Source of the DNA: Lytechinus pictus
Taxonomy: Eukaryota
Assembly (NCBI RefSeq): GCF_037042905.1
Contig: NC_087252.1
Span: forward strand, 930,001 to 994,000
Direction: 5' to 3'
DNA: 64,000 bases
The notes under the pieces: generated by a model
Databases searched by the model: none
Told to the model about the DNA's origin: nothing
Seen by the model: only the letters and a program-made list of their open reading frames with translations
Shown: positions 38,701 to 50,700 of the stretch, piece by piece
How the letters are laid out: every line of letters starts with the position of its first letter
Position numbering within the stretch: the stretch's first letter is position 1
Position numbers and translations under genes: made by a program

Positions 38701-41700
38701 AAAAGTGTGGTGTTAAGGATGTTCTTGCACTGACACAACAATATTTATGTATAGTATGTTGCAAAAATAGTCAATAAAAATTAATTAAGTAAAAAGTTAC
38801 AGGATATTAGACTACACTCTACATGGTTTTACTGTTATATTGTGCAGGTGTTGAAACGATTAACGAGCCAAACGCCTTGCAGACTCACTTCGAGGAAAGT
38901 TCCGAACCCCAAGGCTCCCAGACAACTCTGACCTACATGAGAAACTTCACCAAACAAGACTACAGGCAGAGCTTCAAGTGTTGTACCACCCTCAGCCCAT
39001 CATGTGATTCTACCGTCTGCTCAGAGCCTTGCGTTCCTAATGTCAAATGTGAGTACAATCAGGGTCCAAATGCACAATATCTATAACGAGTTTGCTATCA
39101 GCCAATGACTGGGTTACTAATAATGTGCACACTGTATATCTTATTATAAATGCCAGATTATTATTAATATTATTCTTATCATTTTCCCCGCTCAGATGCA
39201 CCGGAAGAACCCAATATCTCCAGGAACATGCCGGCCCGTCAAGTCAGGGAGGGCACCGCAGACCTAGAGTTCACCTGTCAGGCCGAAGGCAACCCCAGAC
39301 CGGCCCTGACCTGGGTGATGGCCAATAACGAAGGTTTGATGCTTGACCAGTTGACCAAGGAGGATGGATCACAGCTACTCAGGTTCAGAGAGGTTAGACG
39401 ACATCATGCGGGGGTTTACAAGTGCATCGCTAATAACAACATTCCACCAAGGAGTAGCAATCAGAATCAACTTATTGTGCTTTGTAAGTGGACAAACTGT
39501 GATGGGGTGACAGAATAGAAATGAAAGGGGTACTTGGGGCTGTAAGTGGACAGTGTGTATTGGTGTGTGTAATCGATTTTTTTTCAGGCATGTCTCGAGA
39601 TATTATTTACTTCTGGGATCGACATTTAATGTCATCGACCGAAGACATAATAAGTGTTCGAACTTCCATAATCTGCATCAATTTGTGAAATTCCCACCTA
39701 GCATGGGTGACAGGTGCATGCCTCAATACCCAGTGTTAAAACCTTGTATCTCAGACTTTAAAAAAAATATAAGGGCAGTCTTTTCGAAATATAGCCACGG
39801 CTGCAACCTAATATTTCCTTAAAACAAGTCTTCTTAATTCCTGGAGAGAACTCTTTCTAGGTAAAATGTCGTTGCTACTTATGTCAAAAATCTATTCAAA
39901 AGCAAGCTCTTTCTAGCCATCCTGAATTATTTGGGAAGACATCCCTGTGAATGATTTTGGTATTTGATTATCACCAGATTTATTATCTGTGTTTATATAA
40001 ATGTTTCCAATTGTTCCTGTCTGTCCATTCCACTGTGCAACATGGGGTAGACATGTGACCACACATTATTGAGATAGGGACTAGGGGGTAGGACAGATGG
40101 TTATTTCTAATAGATATTATCACACAAATATTAATGAAATTATTACCGTTACTCCACGATATCATTTGATTCTCTTTTCAGTTCCACCTACCATTCAGAA
40201 CAAGGCTAACAATCGGACAACCGCAAACGAGGGCAAGAATGCCACGTTGTCCTGTGTCGTCAAGGGCAACCCGAGCATTGAGGTGAACTGGGAGAGACTC
40301 GGCAACCACTCGGATGAGCTCTGGGACCGGACGCTGGTGGTCAATACCGTGGTGAATAGCGATTACGAGAGCGTGGTGAGGAGCACGTTGAGTATTCTGA
40401 ATGTACGGCCGGACGTTGATCACGGAAATTACAGGTGTACGGCAAATAACACGATTGGAATAGATGAAGCTGTCATCAACCTCAGCGGAACATGTAAGTC
40501 TGATCACTCTGACGAATAGGGTATTGATAGAATAGCGCCACCTACAGTATCTAGGAATGATCTATTTCGAGGTGCAATATTATTGTTATCCTGGTATTAT
40601 TTCGAGCTGCCTTTCAGCACTCAGTGCATTCAAGGAATTCATCCTGCCTGGTACCAATCTACTTTAATTTATCGAAAGTTCATATTTGAGCTCAGAAATG
40701 TACTTTTGATAAATTAAAAGCAAATTATTATTATTTCTATTGGTCTATAGGTTCTTACTCTCATTTTTCAGTCAAAGGGTTGTAGGTTTGAATACCAGCC
40801 ATGGCATGTTTTCTTTCAGCAAAAATAAAAATTACCCGTATTGTGCTGCACTCAACCCAGATTCTTTTAGGTACATATAGATGGTGCTACATGTACATAA
40901 ATGCCTTGATTATTGTTATAATATTATTATGATTATTAATGTCAATTCTTTACTTTCTATTGTTTAAACAGCAAAACCAGAGCCTCCGACATCATTGCGG
41001 GTCGATGCAAGCCGGACCACATCTCATTCATTCATGGCTTACTGGCAGCCAGGCTACGACGGAGGAGTAGAACAATCATACGTCATAATGTACTGTCTGA
41101 ATGACACCCAAATGGACTGCAAGAATATATTTGGTGAGCCATTGTCCCATTCAGACTCGAGCAACCCAAATGAAATGGGGGGGGGGGTAACACCATACAG
41201 GGTTGGACACCCTAGCAGACCTTAATGTTATAAGAGTTGATTTTGTAGGATTAATCTTCTTTTGGAGGAATAATTACATTTGAAGGGGTACTCCAGGCTG
41301 AAAATAATATGATTTGAACAGATAAAGTAAAATCAGACAAACAAATTACTAAACATCTCATCAAAATCAAACAAGGAATAACAAACAGCTTCAATTCAGG
41401 ATAGGAATTAATTCTCTTTTCAATCATGGGGCTAACATTGAACTAAAATGTTATAAATTTTAATACTGATTAAAGTATATGCCAATTTCTAGTTCATCAG
41501 TCTTGATTTGTAGGATCATATTTTGGGGGAGGACAAACAAGACTAACGTTGATACTTTATTTTTTTTATTTTTATTATTTACCTTTTATTTATCTAGGAA
41601 TCAAAGAACCAGAATATCTTTTGGAGGAACTACAAGATTTTCGCTGGTACACCATCATAGTCTATGCAGAGAATACCAATGGTAGAAGCATTGGGAGCAG

Positions 41701-44700
41701 CAAATTTGCAGTATCTACTGCACGTAAGTATCAATTTTTAAGTACCACATTTAGAGTTAGTTTTTAGGCAAAAAAAAACAGTGTTCTAATATTTACTTTA
41801 CTAAGTTCAAAATTTACTGCGTAGTGTAGAAAAAAAAGGTAATTCACATTTGGATGAAGATTTATGAACCAAGGTTCTTCTTTGTCTTCGTTATTAATTT
41901 TGTGGATATTTTTATATATGCGTAGCTTTTTCGCTAATATCATAAATATGACCTTTCAAAGCTAAAGCTTTGTTGAGAAATTCATATCATGATTTCCATA
42001 ATACCTCATTTTTCATTTATTTTTAATAAAACACAAAAAATAACTGTGCATTTCACCATTCCATTTGTAATCAGTTGTTTTTTCTTTCTTTTTCTATTTT
42101 AATGTTTAGCTCTACCTCCAAGTGGTTATGGTGAGTAAAACCAGGAATCATATTTTTCCCCAAACTTATTCTAAGATCAATTTACAGCATATTCATAAGT
42201 ACTTGTTGGAAGCCATTTATATCACTTAATCCTATCTAGACTTCAATTATTGAAATTAAATTGCCAAATAAATGTTAAAATGTTAACACAAAGAAAATAT
42301 TTCTGTATATCAATAAATTCATTTTTTAGATCAAGGATTAAATGGTAAAACAGCATGCCATGCATATGTCAGTGTACTAATGCAAAAATTCAAGGCACGA
42401 CAGCCCATTTCTATGTGATAAAATTCAATAAATGCTTTGATATGACAAGCTATTGCAATCTGGAACCAGGTATTCCCTATGTGAATCACAGAATTCAATA
42501 TTCAACAGGTTAACCCTTTGCCTACTAGAACCAGGTGATCCCTGCACAAAGCCTATTGAAATCACAAAATGAGGCATTCAACCAGTTAATTTAAACCTTT
42601 ATCCTGTGCAGGTATCCTAGTGACCAATGAGAATGGGCTAATCACCTTGACCTCTGACCCGGCCATTGAATTGCCTGATGGGATCGGATTCAAGATCGAG
42701 ACCAGTGCAGAGGGTCACTGTAATCCAAAGAGCCGTGCTTACCCTGCTGATGGCGCTCCGGTACAGAGACCTAGTGATCAAGTCATCATGGTTTCAAGCT
42801 TTGGCAGAGGATTGTGCAGTGTACAGGAAACCGTCAATGGTGAGTTTTGAGAACTTGAGTTGAATGCAAACTATGAATGCATTTTCTAATTGAGAACTTG
42901 AGGCGACTGCAAACTATGAATGCATTTTCTAATTGAGAACCTAAATTGAATGTATTGAATTCAAATTAAGAATGCATTTTTTTATTTCAGAACTTGGGTT
43001 AAATTCATACTACATGCATGAACGCATTTCACAATGAGAACTTGAATTGAATGCAAACTATAAATGCATTTTCAAATTCAAGATCTTGGGTTGACTGCAT
43101 ACTAGGAATTTATTTTCATATTGAAAACTTGAGTCGACTGCAAACTATGAATGCATTTTCTAATTGAGAACTTGAGTTGAATGTATTGACATAATACGCA
43201 GGGCAGTTAGGTTCCTGTGTTATAAGCTTGTGGGGTATTTTTTAAACAGAGGAAACAAGTAATGGTCTGCTCCTGGGTCTCCTCAAATTTGCCCAAATTT
43301 TCAACCCTCAAATTTGCACCCCTAAATGGCGTAATCTTCATAACCAAATTAGCAACCCTAAATGGCGTGAAGAGAGAAAAAAGGCAACCCTAATAGGCGA
43401 TTTACCAGCGAATGGTGCTGAAATGCATCCCTTTTTGCATAAGACGTCGACGACGCCTGATTGCCTGAAACGGGACGCTTTTTCTGGAAGCGGGCGCATA
43501 GCAGGCCATGTGGAGAAAAAATTACCTATATTATTATTTTTAATCAATGATTTGAGAATACTCTTTCTCTGTTTCTTTATTACTTTATTTGCTCCCCTCC
43601 CTTTGGCTGGTGCACCTTGAGCATCTCAAACAAGATGGATATGGCGCCTTAAAAATTGTGTTCATTATTATTACATTTGTTTCATTTTTTGATACTTGCA
43701 AGTCTAAATACAGGTAATAGAGCACAATCGTCTGTAATGTTTGCGATCATTGGGATAGTTGTATTCATGAAACAAAAAAAAATTAACTATTATTTTGTAT
43801 TAATGACTTAAGTACATGTATACTCTCTCTGCTCTTTTATTATTTTATTTGCTCTCCCTTTCACTTGTGCACCTTGAGCATTTCTAACGAGATGGGTATA
43901 AGCGCCTAATAAATTGCATTTATTATATTATTATTGTTATTATTATTGTTATTATCATTATTATTGTCATTATTATTATTATCATCATTATTACTATTAC
44001 TATTATTATTGTTTTTAGTATTATATTTGTTTAATTTTTGACAGTTGCCAGTCTAAACACGGGTAATAGAGGACAATCAACTGTAACGTTTGCGATCATT
44101 GGAATAGTTGTATTCATCGCTTTGGTTTTCCTCGTTTTATTACTTGTCAGGAGAAATCATATGAGGAAAAATGAATGTAAGTCTAATCTTTCCTATTCTT
44201 TTAATATTTGTGACCTTCCATCCCAGAACTAACAATAAGTCCCCCAAAATGAATTTTGATATCTTAATCTAGTTTGAAAAGGCACAGCCATAGCTTTATA
44301 ATGATATATAATTTGTCAAAATTGATCAACAATAACCCACTAAAATATATTAAAGTTGAATGCAATAGAAACAAAGCGAGCGCTTCAGAAAATAAGGAGA
44401 AAACAACGTTTGAAGATTGTGTTCACTCAAGTATGAAATGTGCACACTGTGCAATTTCAATTATTTCAGAAATATGTGAACATTGTTTGACATTTTTTAT
44501 ATTATTAGTGATGATTGTAAAACCAAATAAAGAAATGATTCAGACTTTGTGTTCGGTCAGTTTGGCATCTAAAGTGCTCAAATTTTTATTTGATGACATT
44601 AAGCCTATTTTATTCAATTTCTTGTTTCAAGCTAGAAGGTATCAAGACATTTGAGAATCTGAGTAAAGTATTATGTCATCAATATGAATAATGAGAAGCA

Positions 44701-47700
44701 AAAAAATATAGTGATATAACACTTCCTTGAGTTTTAAGATATTCTTTGTGATCTATACACGACTGTTTTATTGTGTAATTTAAATTATCTTTATTGTGAC
44801 TCATTATATTCAATTTTCATTTGATTTCCTTTTTATCTCCTTCACTGACCAATAACAGTAAAGCTTCCAAAATCATCTATTAGGTAAGATTATGACATTC
44901 TCTCTTATTTTCTTTAAATTCTTATGGTGACAATATAATTTATCATTAGGAGTGGGCTATAAATGGGGGTTTTTGTGTTCCTTTTACCATATCTCAACAT
45001 GAAATGACAATATTTGTTGTCCAAGAAAAAAGTGTGCCGGGCAAAAATCCAAAATGGCCCCGAGACAAAAAATATTGTCAATTCATGTTGAGATACATTA
45101 CAAGGAATAAAAAAACTGTTGCCATATTGAAATGACAAAAAAGTATTTTTGACCCATGTGTAGCCCACTCCTTTTATCATGAAGAATATGCATTTTCTAA
45201 ATTATAGTTACTTTATCGAGGTAGAACAATGTAAAAATTGACCTTTTCATACTAAAAATGAAATTTATATATATCTTAAAACTATATAGTATATAATCAA
45301 TAACTAAATATGGATTTTAAACTTCATACATTTCACTGCCCCTTTTCATAAAGATTTGATTCATGATGTACATGTATTGTTTATTTTGGTACTATTTATA
45401 CTCAATAATTGAATATCAATTTTAAATTGTATACTAATTCAAAATAAATTTGTCACAATTCCATTAGATCTGGGCCTGAGGGTCAGTCTTCTATTACAGC
45501 AAGACTGCTTCAATTCCCTTTTCATAAAAAAATGAAAAATGTTATAGTACACGTTTTGGTACATGTACTATGTATTCTTAGTAAAATAAAAATAATATAG
45601 AAATAATAATAGTATTGATCGTGATGATGATGGTGATGGTGGTGGTGATGATGATGATGGTGGTGATGATGATGGTGATGATGATGATGATGGTGGGGAT
45701 GATGATGATGGTGTCGATGATGCTGATGATGATGGTGTTGATGATGATGGTGGTGATGATGATGACGATGATGATGATGTTATTGATATATACATTTTTT
45801 TTAACCAAAGTTTTAAAGTGCTGTTTATAATATATATAAAATGAAAAAAAAGGAAATAACATGAGAACTGAATTTGTCAATCCGTTAGATCTGGACCTGA
45901 GGGTCAGCCAACGAACGGTCAGTCTAGGTCATTCCTCAGTGGTGGGTATTTTGCATGTACGTGTCAACGGCTCTCCTGCACTATTCATTAGTATCCTGTA
46001 TGGTAACACACTAATCAACTTATTAACACATTGACTCTATTAAAGGGGAATCCAACCCAAATCAAATGTTGATTTTATCGGAAGAATAAGAATCAGAAAA
46101 GGACATGGGTGAAAGTTTCGACAAAATCTGACAAACTGTGAGAAAGTTGTGGATTTTTAAAAGATGTAAAAATAGGTAATCGCTAAACCCATGCAGACTT
46201 CAAATGAGCCGCATTGGTGATGTCATAGTGATGTAAGGCAAGGACTATTCTCCCATTTACTCCATTACATAAACTTGTTAAATAGTAGGGTTTTTTTCTT
46301 GAGGATATAGCATATTCTACATTTGTTATATGTGGATTACTGCCCCAGGGGAATAGGAACTTATCCTTTATAATTAAGTATATGGCCTATGGGAAAGTTG
46401 TCCTTCCCACTTGTCATAATTTACTTACCCAGTTTCCAATTTGAAATTTACATAATTTTAGGGATCTCAAATTTTAAAAAGTCAAAACTTTCTAATTGCT
46501 TGTCTGATTTTTTTCAAACTTTCACCATTCTTATATCACTTATTTTTTCCTTTCCCACAAAACATTTCATGACCAAGGAAGGATTCCCCTTTAAGCCTTT
46601 ATGAAGTTTCGGTAATTCTGAAGATCTTTATTGTATGTGGGGTATGTGTGTGTTACTGAGATAATGAACGTTTAGGTAACTTTTCAAAAGTCTGTGCAGC
46701 GTCCTTTTGGCAGGAATCCATTATAACTATCCTGCTATAAGGGTGCTTTGTGTCTCTCTTGTACTTCTTTGGTAGTTCCAGTCTATATGAAATTCTTGAC
46801 TCTCCTCACGTTCTTTCTCTATTTCTTGATCTCCAAGATTGTCACTCTGGCCCGGATTCTCAAAAGTGGTTTCATTTTTACCGTGGTATACAACCATGGA
46901 CTATGCAGATTTTTTTTTTTATGTTTTATTGAAAGAAATCAAGGTAATTACATATTTACAAGATTGAATGATTCAAAAGTGCAAATAATAACAATTTATT
47001 AAAAGGCATTCTTGTATTATCGTGCTTCAATTTGACATCCTTTGCCAAAAGCGCGCATTTGTAATTGGACTTTGCGTAGTGTATGTGATGAAGTAAGCGT
47101 AATAATGTTTAAAAAAATCTGCATATTCCATGGTTTTGTACCATGGTACAATTGAAACCTTTTTTGAGAATACGGATATATACTAGTATATCTCAAAATG
47201 TCATTGATAAAGTGATCTTTGATGTCCAAAGAATCAAATGGTTTTTGTATAAAAAAATCTCTCGTATTTCTCTGCATTTATAGTTCACAAGAAATTCTAA
47301 AAAAGTCTTTGCTATTAGACAATGCCCTTTCGCTATTTCTAGACTTATGTCTCAATCTAGGCTGTCTAGCACAAAACTTAGCATTTATTTTAGATCAAAT
47401 TTATATGACTTACATGTATTGCATTGCCCACAATATACAATCAATCATAGAAATTAATCATAAAATCAATTGTCACATTCTGTGTTACAGGGTCTGGGTG
47501 TTTTAATATCTCCCTATCATGTAGTGTTACTTAATGTCTCTCAATACGTTAGGGGAAGCTGTGCATTACAGGGGCCCGTTTCATAAACCTTGTTACGGTA
47601 ATAAATTTGCAATAACAGTTAAAAGCTACCGAAATCTTTCAATCTGATTGGTCGACAGTAAATTTGTTATTTTAATTTTGCATTTGAAAAGTAACAAGTC

Positions 47701-50700
47701 TTAATGAAATGGGACCTAGATTAATTGGAAAAAAAAACTTTTGATTAAACACAAACTACACAATAAATGGGAAGGATTGGATGAAAGAATCATCTTTCGC
47801 CGGGTTCCCAGCCCATCAGGGAAAATTATTTGACTTTTTCCAGTCAGGGAAAAATCAGAAAATTGATAGAAAATACCTCAAATCGGGGAAAAATGCCTAT
47901 AATGAGGGAAAAATCAGGGAATTTTGATCAGCCCAAAAGTAGAAAGCATGGTAGTCAGTCCGACTCTGTTATATTTTGTTGTATATCAACCTCTTTCTGT
48001 ATAAGGTGAGGAAAGGATGACTGTATGGGGAGAAGGGAGGCCATTACATGCCTGTGTAAATAGTACCAATATAGTTTCACATTATTGTTTTTATACCAAA
48101 AATACATGTAATTCACTGCAACAACTTAGAAAACATGCAAAACTGGGAATGGGTTTTAATAATTGTCAGGGAATTTTGTTTTCTTGAAAAGCTGGGAACC
48201 CTGTTTAGTAATCAGGGACAAAATAAAATTTGAATCACATTCTGATTGTTTCTGCATTGAGAATTTAAATTGAATTGAAATAAATGCATACAAACATAAA
48301 TGTAGATATTAAAATGAACACATAATGACATCATCCTAACACAAAAGCAAAGCAAAAAAAAAACTACTATATGTACCCATCAGTGTGCTTGCACTGGAAA
48401 CCAGCAACCATGCTCTATATGCTATAAAGTTTAGCATGACTCCATCTTCTTGGTTACACACATGCATCTTGCCATGTTATAGTCTATTAATAATGCACTA
48501 TTTACCAGGTAATATTGCACCGTTAAACATGCAATAGTGCATCCTAGTGTACAATATTGCACCCTACCATTCGATAGTAGAAGTTATTTGCACACCCTCC
48601 TACTCCCATCCTCAAATCACCCATTTCCCTCACGAACACTTGTTTTTCAAGTCACTGCCCCCATCACTCCCACCCCCCACTTCCTCGGGACAAAATAATG
48701 AGTGCCTCTCATATCAGGGATGAAGTGGATGCCGGCCTCAAGGCCGTATTTTTTCTGACCTCGGCCTTAGCCTCCGACCGAATCACATTTTACAGAGTCT
48801 ATGGGACTTTCTCCAGTGCCCTCGTGACTCTGGCCTCAACTACTGCCCTGCTGTCATTGTGAATTTGTGAACAAGTTTTGCTTAAAGCTAACCGAGTTAT
48901 ATGCACTTTTATATACAAAACATTGTTATTGTCCATTAGAATAGCACTGCTTGAGCCTATCTATATTGCACTTGGAATTGTATGTTTGCGAAGTCAGTGT
49001 ACGTGTATTTGTATGCAGCATGATCAACATTTATTGAAAAAATATCCTTATGAAGCAATGACCAACAACCAATTGTATTTGTTGGTGTTATTAAAAAGTG
49101 CAATTTTTGTTGCAAGAGATGTTTATGCAAAAAAATAAAATAAATATAATGCCCTGTACAGTTTTGTGCACATGCACTTTTAGTATACTTGTATGTATGA
49201 TTTATATTCCATGTAACATACATGTGATAAATTGCCTGTTGTGAAGAGTGACAGACAGACAGACAGATATATATACAGACAGACAGACAGTCAGACAGAC
49301 AGACAGACAGACATATAGATAGATAGATAGACAGACAGACACACACACAGACACACACACAGACAGACAGACATATAGATAGATAGATAGATAGACACAC
49401 AGACAGAGAAACAGACTGACTGACAGACATGTAGATAGATAGATAGATAGATACATTGTAGATATATAGACATACAGACTGACAAACAGACAGAGAAACA
49501 TATAGATGAAAAGGTTTTCCACATTGAAGATCTGCACATCAACTGAATGGTTGGGTGTTTCACAAATTGCTTGCTTGTAGCTGATTAGTTTCATCAGAGG
49601 ATTTGAACTCCCTAATTTACAAGAATGCACTGAAATATTGCATTTGGTATTGATGACAAACTTTGTGAAATATTTACCTGGACCAACTTGTATAGGCAAG
49701 CATGATATCCTGTTTGCCTCTCTACATCCAGGGAAGTGAAAGCTTTTGAAGGATCAAGAAATTGTCTGCATGGAATCAAAATCTTCACTGTCAATATATA
49801 CCCACCCCTGCCTGTATAAATGTTTGTGTTCAAGTTTGTTAAAAAAATGAATAAAACAAAACAAGTTAGTTCGCTACATGTAGATCTGACGCAGTGAATA
49901 TAATTGCACATGAAGCTTTGCATCACGTTCAAGAAGTCATTTACATTTTGAGTTTTAATCCAACTTTAAGGAGGTTCTCTTCCATAGAAATTAGTAAACT
50001 AAAGATATTGATACATTGTAAGGGGAGGGGGATCCGTGAACTGGTTTCATATTCTAACATATCAGAATCCAACAAGACATACATTTTGTTTTACCCTTTT
50101 AGGGCATCAATCTGAAATAGATCCATAGAATTAAGTTTTTTTATGATGATAGTGATGAAAATGTGGATCTGTTTCAAGCTGATTGCACAAAAAATAATGA
50201 TTTAGTGCTTAAAATGTACTGGAAATAGCAGTCCAATTTAAATCCATACGTGTGTTTCATTAATCTCCCCAGGATATTAATTCAATGATTAATCAGTCAC
50301 AGTTGCATGTATGTACATGTATCATGCAAATGTCTGCGCGATTTTTTTTTCTGTTTTTTTTTAAATAAAAAATGAAGTTCAGGATCTTTTTTTCAAATAA
50401 GACCTTTAATGTTTGTCCACGTTTTTATTTCACAATATTTTTTTTTTGGACAGATAATCCAGTATATGATGATGTAGCCAAAGAAGACTTCAGAAAATCA
50501 CAACATGAAGGGAGAATGGTAAGTAAACCTAAATGAATTGAATTTCTATATTCTACAAAATGTAAATGAAATGCAATCATCAGCATTCAAAGTCTGTTTT
50601 TACCACTTTCTTGGGTTAGATACATTGTAGATTACTTCCTTGATGGTTCTCCATACTTTCCTGGCATTTGGGTTGATGTGAATGGTGTTTGACACCTTTC

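Noticed and set aside
39484..39552. Repeat of the exon-8 donor sequence TGTAAGTGGACA
   Set aside because: Only 12 nt with no exon sequence duplicated; may be chance or related to the adjacent SINE insertion
48957..49699. Overlapping SVCL/SIYL-rich ORFs
   Set aside because: Translations of the GACA/GATA microsatellite
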